DNA of 32,000 nt from Acholeplasma laidlawii PG-8A. GTDB taxonomy: Bacteria; Bacillota_I; Bacilli_A; Acholeplasmatales; Acholeplasmataceae. Numbering within the stretch: the first letter of the stretch is position 1; each line of letters starts with the position of its first letter. Shown one piece after another: positions 17,462 through 24,798 of this stretch. The stretch covers positions 240,001 through 272,000 of the forward strand of contig NC_010163.1 of NCBI RefSeq assembly GCF_000018785.1, read 5' to 3'. The notes beneath the pieces were generated by a model. That model saw only the letters and a program-made list of their open reading frames with translations, was not told where the DNA came from and did not search any database. Both the position numbers and the translations under genes were made by a program.

Positions 17462-18801
17462 ATGTCAAAGTTAAAGGTTAGAATCGTAGATCCACATACG
17501 CTCATGCTTGAAGAAACTGGTCAAGTTGGAGACACGATAGACTTAAAATCTCTTCATTCTGTGGATGAAACTTTCATCATGGAACGTATTAAATCTCAAC
17601 AAGATGAAACTTATAATCGCTTACTACAAGGTGTTATCAAAGAAAACCACTCACAAATTCAATTAAAACTTAATGAACAATTAAGAAACTTTGAACTAGA
17701 AAAAAATAAACTGATACAGGATAAACGAGACTTGGAAGGTAGATTGTCTTCTCAAGTCGAGTTAAGTAAAAAGAATGAACAAATTCTTACAAATGCTCTT
17801 AAATCAGAATTTGAATTAGAACGTCAAAGATTGAATAATGAAATTCAAACAATTGAACTTAAAATTAAGCAAAATTTGGAAAATACCTATAAAGACCAAA
17901 TAAATCAAAAAGTTACTTTAATTCAATCTCTACAGGCTGAGAAAGAAAAAATGATTATAGAACATCAGCTACAATTAAACCAAAAACTAGCAAAATTAAA
18001 TGATGATATTTCTATAAAAGAAAAAGAAATTGAAGCATTAAAGAGAGAAAGAAGTTCAAGAAATATTAAAACTATAGGTGAGAATCTAGAAATCTGGTGG
18101 ATGAGCAGTTCAAAAATGTGTCTCTTTATGGATTTAAAACCTCTACATTTACTAAAGATAACTTGGTCATCAAAACAGAAGGTGATTCTAAAGGTACAAA
18201 AGGTGACTACATTTTTAAAGTATTTAACAATGAGTCCCATGATATCTTATTAACAAGTGCCATGATAGAAATGAAGAGTGAAGCACTAGAATCTGAAAAC
18301 AAAAAGAAAAACTCAGATCACTATAAGAAATTAGATGATGACAGAAATAAGAAAAAGCTAGAATATGCAATCTTAGTAAGTGAGCTAGAGTATAATTATG
18401 AATCAGATGCTCCTATATTTTCTGTACCAGGTTATGAAAAAATGTATGTTGTTAGACCTCATTTTTTCATCACCTTATTAGGTATTTTAGAATCTATCGG
18501 TATGAAGTATGCCGACATTATAACAAACAAAGAAATCCAAAAAATAGAGTTCCAAGAATCAGAAAAAATTCTTCAGGATTTTGAAAAGTTCAAAGAAGAC
18601 ATTATTGGAAACTCTATTAGACATATAACAACACAACTAGAGAACATAAAAACTAAAACAAATACCATTATTTCCAGTGTAGAAGCTATACAAGAAAGTG
18701 TTCGTGTTATTTTAGATTCCCACTTAAATACAGTGAGAAGTAAAATTGAAAATTATTCTATTAGACGTGTCGTTAAACATATTGATAAAATACAAGATTA
18801 A
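17462..18801 (+). pseudogene. DUF2130-family protein (N-terminal coiled coil plus C-terminal PD-(D/E)xK-like domain), interrupted by a 1-nt frameshift near 18098-18100
   Basis: Two overlapping ORFs (17462-18253 and 18097-18801) join into one protein of about 446 aa. The junction reads ..IGENLEIW|(C)DEQFKNV.. if one base is restored in tgg-tg_-gat-gag. The C-terminal part carries GDYIF...IEMKSE. Confidence 0.75.
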
Positions 18802-18811
18802 TCATTTAAAC

Positions 18812-18842
18812 CAGCCTAGTTTATTTTAAATTGGGCTGTTTT
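18812..18842 (+). terminator. Weak terminator after the DUF2130 gene
   Basis: 5-6 bp stem cagcc(18812-18816)/ggctg(18834-18838), a 17-nt loop, then tttt. Confidence 0.35.
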
Positions 18843-18898
18843 CTTTAAATATTCATCTATTCAAAATTTTTTTCATACAAAATTAAGTAGAATATAGT

Positions 18899-18912
18899 TG
18901 AAAGCGTTTTTA
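18899..18912 (+). promoter_or_regulatory. cre-like 14-mer TGAAAGCGTTTTTA at the predicted start site of the lipoprotein/phosphodiester-glycosidase operon
   Basis: 13/14 match to the cre consensus TGWNANCGNTNWCA. It begins 5 nt after a TAGAAT -10 (18888-18893) and is nearly identical to the site at 21283-21296. Confidence 0.45.
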
Positions 18913-18935
18913 TTACATAAAAGAGAGGGATTAAA

Positions 18936-19538
18936 ATGAAGAAAATATTATTAATGATATTACTTTCATTTACACTGGTACTTGTAGCATGTACTGGTGA
19001 TAACGAAGGTGATAAGGATAATGAGCCAACAGCTCAAGAAATTTTTGATCGAAAATTCGAGTTTTTAGAAGCGAATAACTATGATCTAGAAATTAAAATT
19101 AGAGATCATCAAACACTATTAGATACAGTGGTTCAAATGTCTTTTGATGGTACTAAAATCAGATATGTAGATGCAGATTATATAGCATATTATGATAACT
19201 CTGGTGCTAAATCAAAGATGTATGTGAAACAAGGCGATGAATATGTTGTAAGTGAATCAAATTTCAAATCTTCAAGTTTATTATATTATGGATTTGAATT
19301 TGACCAGTTTGATGCTAATGGGGATACGATGTTTATTATGAAGTCTGACCAATACAGTACACTTGATTCATTTATTGGATTAGAAGATGGTGTGACAAGT
19401 ATTTCTAGTCTTCAAGTTAGAGTGGATGAAAATCATTTAACACAAGTAATATTTGATATCACAGTCGGTGAAACTGTATATTTAGTGACATTAACTATCT
19501 CAAATATCGGACAAGTTTCACTTGTCTTACCGGCATAA
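18936..19538 (+). CDS. Lipoprotein of unknown function
   Basis: 200-aa ORF with RBS agaggga. It has a signal peptide with the lipobox LVAC|TG (MKKILLMILLSFTLVLVAC). I recognise no domain. Confidence 0.75.
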   Translation: MKKILLMILLSFTLVLVACTGDNEGDKDNEPTAQEIFDRKFEFLEANNYDLEIKIRDHQTLLDTVVQMSFDGTKIRYVDADYIAYYDNSGAKSKMYVKQGDEYVVSESNFKSSSLLYYGFEFDQFDANGDTMFIMKSDQYSTLDSFIGLEDGVTSISSLQVRVDENHLTQVIFDITVGETVYLVTLTISNIGQVSLVLPA

Positions 19539-19554
19539 GTAGGGGGCTAACTAT

Positions 19555-21117
19555 ATGAAAAAAATATTAATCACAATATTTGTATCTATCATGCTTATTT
19601 TATCTTTTACACCAAGTACTCAAGCTCAAGAACTTTTCAGATTTGAGCACCAACTTAGTGAAAGAAGATATGTAGATGGTATCGAACACATTAAACGTGT
19701 AGGTACGATGACTTATGGTGAAGAAGTCACTTCACAACATTATAACTATTTAGGGGTTAACGTTAAAACAACTGATTATAATATCATAGCTAGTGATAAC
19801 TATAGACCTTATGAATGGGGTATGTCTAATTTAGTTGCACATATTGAAACTGCTAAACAAAGATTTCCTCATCTAGATTTTGTTGGTGGTGTTAATGGTG
19901 ACTTTTATGATATCAATAATACCGGCCGTGCATCTAATACACATATTGTAAATTTTGAAGTTAAGCACCGTGGACCAACGAATGGACGAAATGCAGTAGG
20001 GTTTACAGATGATGGCGATATGGTTTATGGCACCCCATCATTTTTAGGGCAACATTTAAACATATTAAATGAATATAAAGAACTTAAGATGAGATTAAAG
20101 ATTGATCGTATCAATCAATTACCTCAAAATGATTTAGAAATCGCTATTTTCCACCAAAACTATGCATCAGAAATTCCTGCTGATTTTCATAAAGTGATCA
20201 TTAACGCTAGTGATTTAAAATCAGATGCAAGTGGTAACATCAACTATTCTAAAGGGGTCTTAGATTCAAAAACAACTGATGCTCATACAATGGAAGAAAA
20301 GACTTTTGTTTTAGTGGGTAAGGCATTCCAAGATGATAACTTAATTACCAGTTCAGATACCATCTTAGTTCAAGAACTATTAGGAAATGGTTTTGAAAAT
20401 GTTAGAAACGCTATTGGAACCGGCCAATTACTCGTTAAAGATGGTGCTGTACAACATGCAGCATTTAAGAGTTTACCAAGTAATAATATGGCACACTTTA
20501 GACACCCTAGAACAGCTATCGGCCAAAAAGCCGATGGTACAGTATTCTTTATTGTAGTTGATGGTAGAGATGCTTTATCAGGTAAATACGGTGTTAAATA
20601 TAGCGAATTAGGTGAACTCATGAAAATGCATGGTGCTGTCACTGCCTTTAACTTAGATGGTGGTGGTTCATCAACCATGTTACTAAGAAATAGTGAAACA
20701 GGTGAGTATGAGGGATTAAACACATTCTCTGATGGTCATATGCGTTCAATTTCAAACGGTTTACTATTTGCAAGAGGAGACCTTGAACCTGTATTTGTAG
20801 AAATACCTTACCCAGATACAAGAACTCCATTTGAAGCACCAACTGGATTATTTATAGATTCTGAAGGTGTATTCCACTTTACTGGTAATAGTGAACATAT
20901 GGAATATGTGTTAAAAATCAATGGTAGAGAACAATATTTAACAAAAGAAACAATTTCTTTACTACTTGCACCTGGGCAACATGAAATTCAAGTTCGTGTT
21001 AAAGGTAATGCTGAATATTCTACCTCACCATTTAGTGAATCTTACACATACAATGTACACAAAAATGATGTAAAAATCATTCTTGATCTCATTAGAAACA
21101 TTGCTCAAGGTAATTAA
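19555..21117 (+). CDS. Secreted phosphodiester glycosidase family protein (NAGPA / DUF2233-like) with a C-terminal Fn3-like module
   Basis: 520-aa ORF with RBS aggggg. Sec signal peptide ends ..STQA|QE. Family motifs: GGVNGDFYD, HPRTAIGQKADGTVFFIVVDGRD and FNLDGGGSSTM. Confidence 0.85.
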   Translation: MKKILITIFVSIMLILSFTPSTQAQELFRFEHQLSERRYVDGIEHIKRVGTMTYGEEVTSQHYNYLGVNVKTTDYNIIASDNYRPYEWGMSNLVAHIETAKQRFPHLDFVGGVNGDFYDINNTGRASNTHIVNFEVKHRGPTNGRNAVGFTDDGDMVYGTPSFLGQHLNILNEYKELKMRLKIDRINQLPQNDLEIAIFHQNYASEIPADFHKVIINASDLKSDASGNINYSKGVLDSKTTDAHTMEEKTFVLVGKAFQDDNLITSSDTILVQELLGNGFENVRNAIGTGQLLVKDGAVQHAAFKSLPSNNMAHFRHPRTAIGQKADGTVFFIVVDGRDALSGKYGVKYSELGELMKMHGAVTAFNLDGGGSSTMLLRNSETGEYEGLNTFSDGHMRSISNGLLFARGDLEPVFVEIPYPDTRTPFEAPTGLFIDSEGVFHFTGNSEHMEYVLKINGREQYLTKETISLLLAPGQHEIQVRVKGNAEYSTSPFSESYTYNVHKNDVKIILDLIRNIAQGN

Positions 21118-21212
21118 TATTAGGCATAAAAACATATTAATATTTAAACCTATCTATGCTACACTTATGCAGTAAACTATTTAAAATTTTATCTTTAAAC
21201 ATATATGATGAA

Positions 21213-21226
21213 TGAAACCGTTAAAC
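21213..21226 (+). promoter_or_regulatory. cre-like 14-mer TGAAACCGTTAAAC upstream of murR
   Basis: 12/14 match to TGWNANCGNTNWCA. It is inverted relative to the site at 21283-21296, with 56 nt between them. Confidence 0.35.
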
Positions 21227-21282
21227 CTCACACAACCGCCTCTTAAATATCATTTAGAAGAAAAAAGTGAATGTGTGATTAA

Positions 21283-21296
21283 TAAAAACGGTTTCA
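21283..21296 (-). promoter_or_regulatory. cre-like 14-mer TGAAACCGTTTTTA (minus strand) over the -35 region of the murR promoter
   Basis: 13/14 match to the cre consensus. It ends 4 nt before the extended -10 at 21301-21309. Confidence 0.45.
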
Positions 21297-21300
21297 CTCA

Positions 21301-21309
21301 TGTTATAAT
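21301..21309 (+). promoter_or_regulatory. Extended -10 promoter (TGtTATAAT) of murR
   Basis: Perfect TGnTATAAT 35 nt upstream of the ATG at 21344. RBS tgaggtg at 21328-21334. Confidence 0.55.
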
Positions 21310-21343
21310 ATAGATGAGGAAGATAAATGAGGTGTAGTGATAA

Positions 21344-22189
21344 ATGAGTGTAATGTTAAACATGCTGAAAAATAAAGAAGCACTAAGTATGGCTGAACGT
21401 ATTGTTCTTGATTATTTAATTGAGAATAAGACGTTGCTCAAAGATTTTAGCGTGGAGAAAATTGCAGAGGCGGCTTACACATCCCCGGCATCGGTTGTAA
21501 GAATGTGTAAAAAGTTAGGTTATAATGGTTTTAAAGACTTTAAAATCGATTTTATTCTTGCAAACTCTAAAGTAGAGATTCCTGAAACAAGTGAATACAC
21601 TGACGTTATTTTAATTAAAGATCAAAACAATGGAAAAAAGGCAATTGAAAATAATATTCGAGCACTAGAAGAAACCATTAATCTATATGATGAAAAAACG
21701 TATACCAAAGCTGCATCCTTAATTATGAATGCTAGAAAAATCTTAATCTTTGGTAAAGGATCAAGTTTCTTAGTATGTAAAGACTTAGAAATGAAATTAA
21801 GACGTATTAATAAATTTTGTGTGGCACAAGGTGAATCACATGACCAATTTGTGGATGCATCCTTTATTAATAATAAAGACGTCGTAATTTTCATATCAAA
21901 CTCTGGTAAAACTAAAGAAATTATTTCCTCAGCATTACTTGCTAAAGAAAATAAAACACCAATTATTAGTATCACAAGAATTGGTTCAAGCATCCTTGCC
22001 GACATTTCGGATGTTGTGTTATACACTTCAGCATTAGAATCAGAATTTAGAAGTGCTGCGATGACTTCACGTATTTCTCAGATGTCCGTGGTGGATGCAC
22101 TTTATGCAAAATGTGCATACACAGATATAGATCGTTCGATTCAAGCACTTGAGACAACATATAGAACAATTAAAAAATTTAAAAGATAA
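21344..22189 (+). CDS. murR: MurR/RpiR-family transcriptional regulator (N-terminal HTH_6 plus C-terminal SIS sugar-phosphate-binding domain)
   Basis: 281-aa ORF. It has the HTH segment (SVEKIAEAAYTSPASVVRMCKKLGYNGFKDFK) and SIS motifs (IFGKGSSFLV, VVIFISNSGKTKE). The murR symbol is assigned by context with anmK only. Confidence 0.8.
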   Translation: MSVMLNMLKNKEALSMAERIVLDYLIENKTLLKDFSVEKIAEAAYTSPASVVRMCKKLGYNGFKDFKIDFILANSKVEIPETSEYTDVILIKDQNNGKKAIENNIRALEETINLYDEKTYTKAASLIMNARKILIFGKGSSFLVCKDLEMKLRRINKFCVAQGESHDQFVDASFINNKDVVIFISNSGKTKEIISSALLAKENKTPIISITRIGSSILADISDVVLYTSALESEFRSAAMTSRISQMSVVDALYAKCAYTDIDRSIQALETTYRTIKKFKR

Positions 22190-22197
22190 TTCAAATG

Positions 22198-22228
22198 AGG
22201 GCACCTATAAAATAGGTGCCCTTTTTTT
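22198..22228 (+). terminator. Strong rho-independent terminator after murR
   Basis: 11-bp stem agggcacctat(22198-22208)/ataggtgccct(22212-22222) followed by TTTTTT at 22223-22228. Confidence 0.85.
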
Positions 22229-22300
22229 GAAAACATTTTTCTAAGTGTGAAAGAATCTAACGAAATTAAGCGCTTACAAAAATATAGTAAGACTTTACTA

Positions 22301-22319
22301 TATAATGAAAACGTAACCA
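22301..22319 (+). promoter_or_regulatory. -10 box TATAAT (22301-22306) of the anmK operon, overlapped by the cre-like 14-mer TGAAAACGTAACCA (22306-22319)
   Basis: This is the only good -10 between the murR terminator and anmK. The 14-mer is a 12/14 match to the cre consensus and covers the predicted +1. Confidence 0.45.
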
Positions 22320-22335
22320 AAATACGAGGTGGCAT

Positions 22336-23484
22336 ATGAACCAATCGAAACTTGCTTGCGGTATTATGAGTGGTACATCATTAGATGGTATAGATGTTGC
22401 AATAGCAACAATTTCAGGTACTGGTCTTAATACAAAAATTGAACTCATCGTAGCAGAAACTTTTCCTTATCCCAAGGATATCTTAGAGAAAGTGAAACTG
22501 GCTATTGATAATGAACTAAGGGTAAGAGACGTATCGAGTCTCAATTTTGAACTTGGTAGACTTTATGCAGACTGTGTGATTAAGTTATGTAAAGACAACA
22601 AGCTAAGTCCTTCAAGTTTGAGTTTTATCGCATCGCATGGACAAACTGTCTACCACCAAGGTGCTACACAAGATGGAAGTAATCCAAACACACTTCAATT
22701 AGGTAGTGGATCTGTGATTGCAGGGTTAACCCAAACAACTGTCGTCTCTGACTTTAGAGTAGCAGATATGATTGCAGGTGGCCAAGGGGCACCCCTTGTT
22801 CCTTTTGTAGATTATATTTTACTATCAAATAAAGATAAAACACGTATCATTCAAAATATTGGAGGTATCTCTAATATTACAGTATTACCAAAGACTCAAC
22901 ATGAAAAAGATGTATACGCCTTTGATACAGGTCCAGGTAATATGATGATTAATTATGCGATGGAATATTTCTTTAATAAACCTTATGATGCATTCGGCGA
23001 GACTGCTAAAAAAGGAAACCTTATTAAGGCATTATATGATGAAATACTTCAACACCCATTCTTAAAACTACAACCACCTAAATCATGTGGTAGAGAAGAA
23101 TTTGGTGTGAGTTTCACAAAAGAGTTAATAAAAAGATATCATAATCATACAAGAGAAGACATCTTACATACACTCACCGTAGCGACAGCAGACACGATGG
23201 TTAAAGCTATAGAACAATTTGTTTTAAATAAACACGAAGTAGATGAACTGATTATTTCCGGTGGTGGTGTTCATAACACCTTTATGATGGATCAATTAAA
23301 GAAAAAACTACACCCAATACACGTCTTATCCACAGATGATATTGGTTTGTCAAGTGATTTTAAAGAGGCTCTAGCATTTATTGTTTTAGCCAATCAAACA
23401 ATGTATCAAGAACCGTCCAATCTACCTACAGCAACTGGTGCAAAAAAAGCTGTCGTACTTGGTAATGTTTCTTACTACAGATAA
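22336..23484 (+). CDS. anmK: Anhydro-N-acetylmuramic acid kinase (anhydro-sugar kinase family)
   Basis: 382-aa ORF with RBS gaggtgg. Motifs: GIMSGTSLDGIDVA near the N-terminus, NIGGISN, FDTGPGN, and GGGVHN near the C-terminus. Confidence 0.88.
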   Translation: MNQSKLACGIMSGTSLDGIDVAIATISGTGLNTKIELIVAETFPYPKDILEKVKLAIDNELRVRDVSSLNFELGRLYADCVIKLCKDNKLSPSSLSFIASHGQTVYHQGATQDGSNPNTLQLGSGSVIAGLTQTTVVSDFRVADMIAGGQGAPLVPFVDYILLSNKDKTRIIQNIGGISNITVLPKTQHEKDVYAFDTGPGNMMINYAMEYFFNKPYDAFGETAKKGNLIKALYDEILQHPFLKLQPPKSCGREEFGVSFTKELIKRYHNHTREDILHTLTVATADTMVKAIEQFVLNKHEVDELIISGGGVHNTFMMDQLKKKLHPIHVLSTDDIGLSSDFKEALAFIVLANQTMYQEPSNLPTATGAKKAVVLGNVSYYR

Positions 23485-23499
23485 AAAAAGGGGCTAAAC

Positions 23500-24798
23500 A
23501 TGAATAAAAAATTAAAATTAGTAATTATTGGTGCAGGATCAAGTTACACACCAGAATTATTTAAACACATCATATTAAACTATGAAGATTTAAAAGTAAC
23601 TGAGATTGCACTAGTTGATTTAGAGGATAATCAAAACAGATTAAACATTATAAATGATTTTGCACACAGAATGTTTAAGAAGCATAATATTTCAATGGCT
23701 ATTTCTCAATCAATAAATAGAAGAGAAGCTTTAGTTGATGCAGACTTTGTACTTATTCAAATTAGAGTGGGACGTATGGAAGCAAGGTACTTCGATGAAA
23801 CTGTTCCTGCACAATTTGAAATGTTAGGACATGAAGCAATTGGTATCGGAGGGATGTTTAATGCACTAAGAACTATCCCAGTAATCTATAAAATTATTGA
23901 AGATATTAAAGAACTTGCACCTAAGGCATGGGTTATTAATATTAGTAATCCTACTGGAATCATTAGTGAAGCAGTATTTAGATTTGCAGAGTTTGAACGC
24001 TACATGGGGTTATCAAGTAGTCCAAATCAAGCAACAAAAAGTATCATTGAAAAATTAGGTGCAAAACCTTCTGAAGTTGTGCCTTATTTTGCGGGATTAA
24101 GTGAATTATCATTTATCTCAAAAATATATCATAAGAGTAAAGATAAACTGCCTAAACTATTAGAAGAAGACTTTTGTCCATCTAAAAGATTTATGGCACC
24201 TGAAAACCTAAAACAGCTTAAATTATACCCGCATCCAAACTTAAAGGTCTATTATCAATATGATATTGCAGTACCTGAGTTTTTAGAACATATTAGAAAT
24301 AATCAGATACGTACAAATGAAGTTATTCAAATAGATGAAGAATTATTTAAACAATATAGTGACCCTTCAGTAGGTGAAGTACCTAAAGATATTGAGAAAA
24401 GATTAGGTCATGATTATGCAGAAACAGCGATCCAAATCATTGATTCTATGGTGAATAATAAAAAGAACTATCACGTCATTAATACAGTCAATCGTGGCCA
24501 TATTGTAGGAATTCCAGATGAAACATCTATAGAAATCACTTCACGTATTACAAATAAGGGTCCGATTCCGGTCCATATTGGTGAACTACCACTCCAAATA
24601 CGTGGTATCGTTCAACATCTAAAAGCTTATGAAGAATTATTATGTGATGCGATATATGAAAAGAATTTGAATAAAGCATTACTTGCATATCAGGTACATC
24701 CTTTATCTAAATCATTTATTACAACTAAACATGCATTTGATGCATTATATGAAAAACATAAAAACTTACTAACATACTATGGAGCGTACAACAAATGA
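23500..24798 (+). CDS. Glycoside hydrolase family 4-like NAD-binding protein, divergent (6-phospho-glycosidase LicH/CelF-like fold)
   Basis: 432-aa ORF with RBS aagggg. Rossmann motif KLVIIGAGSSYTPE and WVINISNPTG are present. It appears collinear with LicH as I recall that sequence, but GLCN becomes GLSS and GLNH becomes GLSE. Confidence 0.8.
   Translation: MNKKLKLVIIGAGSSYTPELFKHIILNYEDLKVTEIALVDLEDNQNRLNIINDFAHRMFKKHNISMAISQSINRREALVDADFVLIQIRVGRMEARYFDETVPAQFEMLGHEAIGIGGMFNALRTIPVIYKIIEDIKELAPKAWVINISNPTGIISEAVFRFAEFERYMGLSSSPNQATKSIIEKLGAKPSEVVPYFAGLSELSFISKIYHKSKDKLPKLLEEDFCPSKRFMAPENLKQLKLYPHPNLKVYYQYDIAVPEFLEHIRNNQIRTNEVIQIDEELFKQYSDPSVGEVPKDIEKRLGHDYAETAIQIIDSMVNNKKNYHVINTVNRGHIVGIPDETSIEITSRITNKGPIPVHIGELPLQIRGIVQHLKAYEELLCDAIYEKNLNKALLAYQVHPLSKSFITTKHAFDALYEKHKNLLTYYGAYNK

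Noticed and set aside
18085-18105. Programmed ribosomal frameshift joining the two DUF2130 ORFs
   Set aside because: There is no slippery heptamer, no homopolymer run and no obvious downstream stimulatory structure. The sequence tgg-tg-gat-gag is best explained by loss of one base from a Cys codon, through mutation or sequencing error.
21205-21246. 13-codon mini-ORF (MMNETVKPHTTAS*) in the murR upstream region as a possible leader peptide
   Set aside because: It has no Shine-Dalgarno sequence and no attenuator-like alternative structures. The region is better explained by the inverted pair of cre-like sites.
21344-22189. Possibility that the SIS-domain ORF is the missing MurQ etherase
   Set aside because: It carries a clear N-terminal RpiR-type helix-turn-helix and has the typical 280-aa regulator length. 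MurQ is a stand-alone SIS protein without an HTH. The etherase therefore remains unaccounted for in this window.
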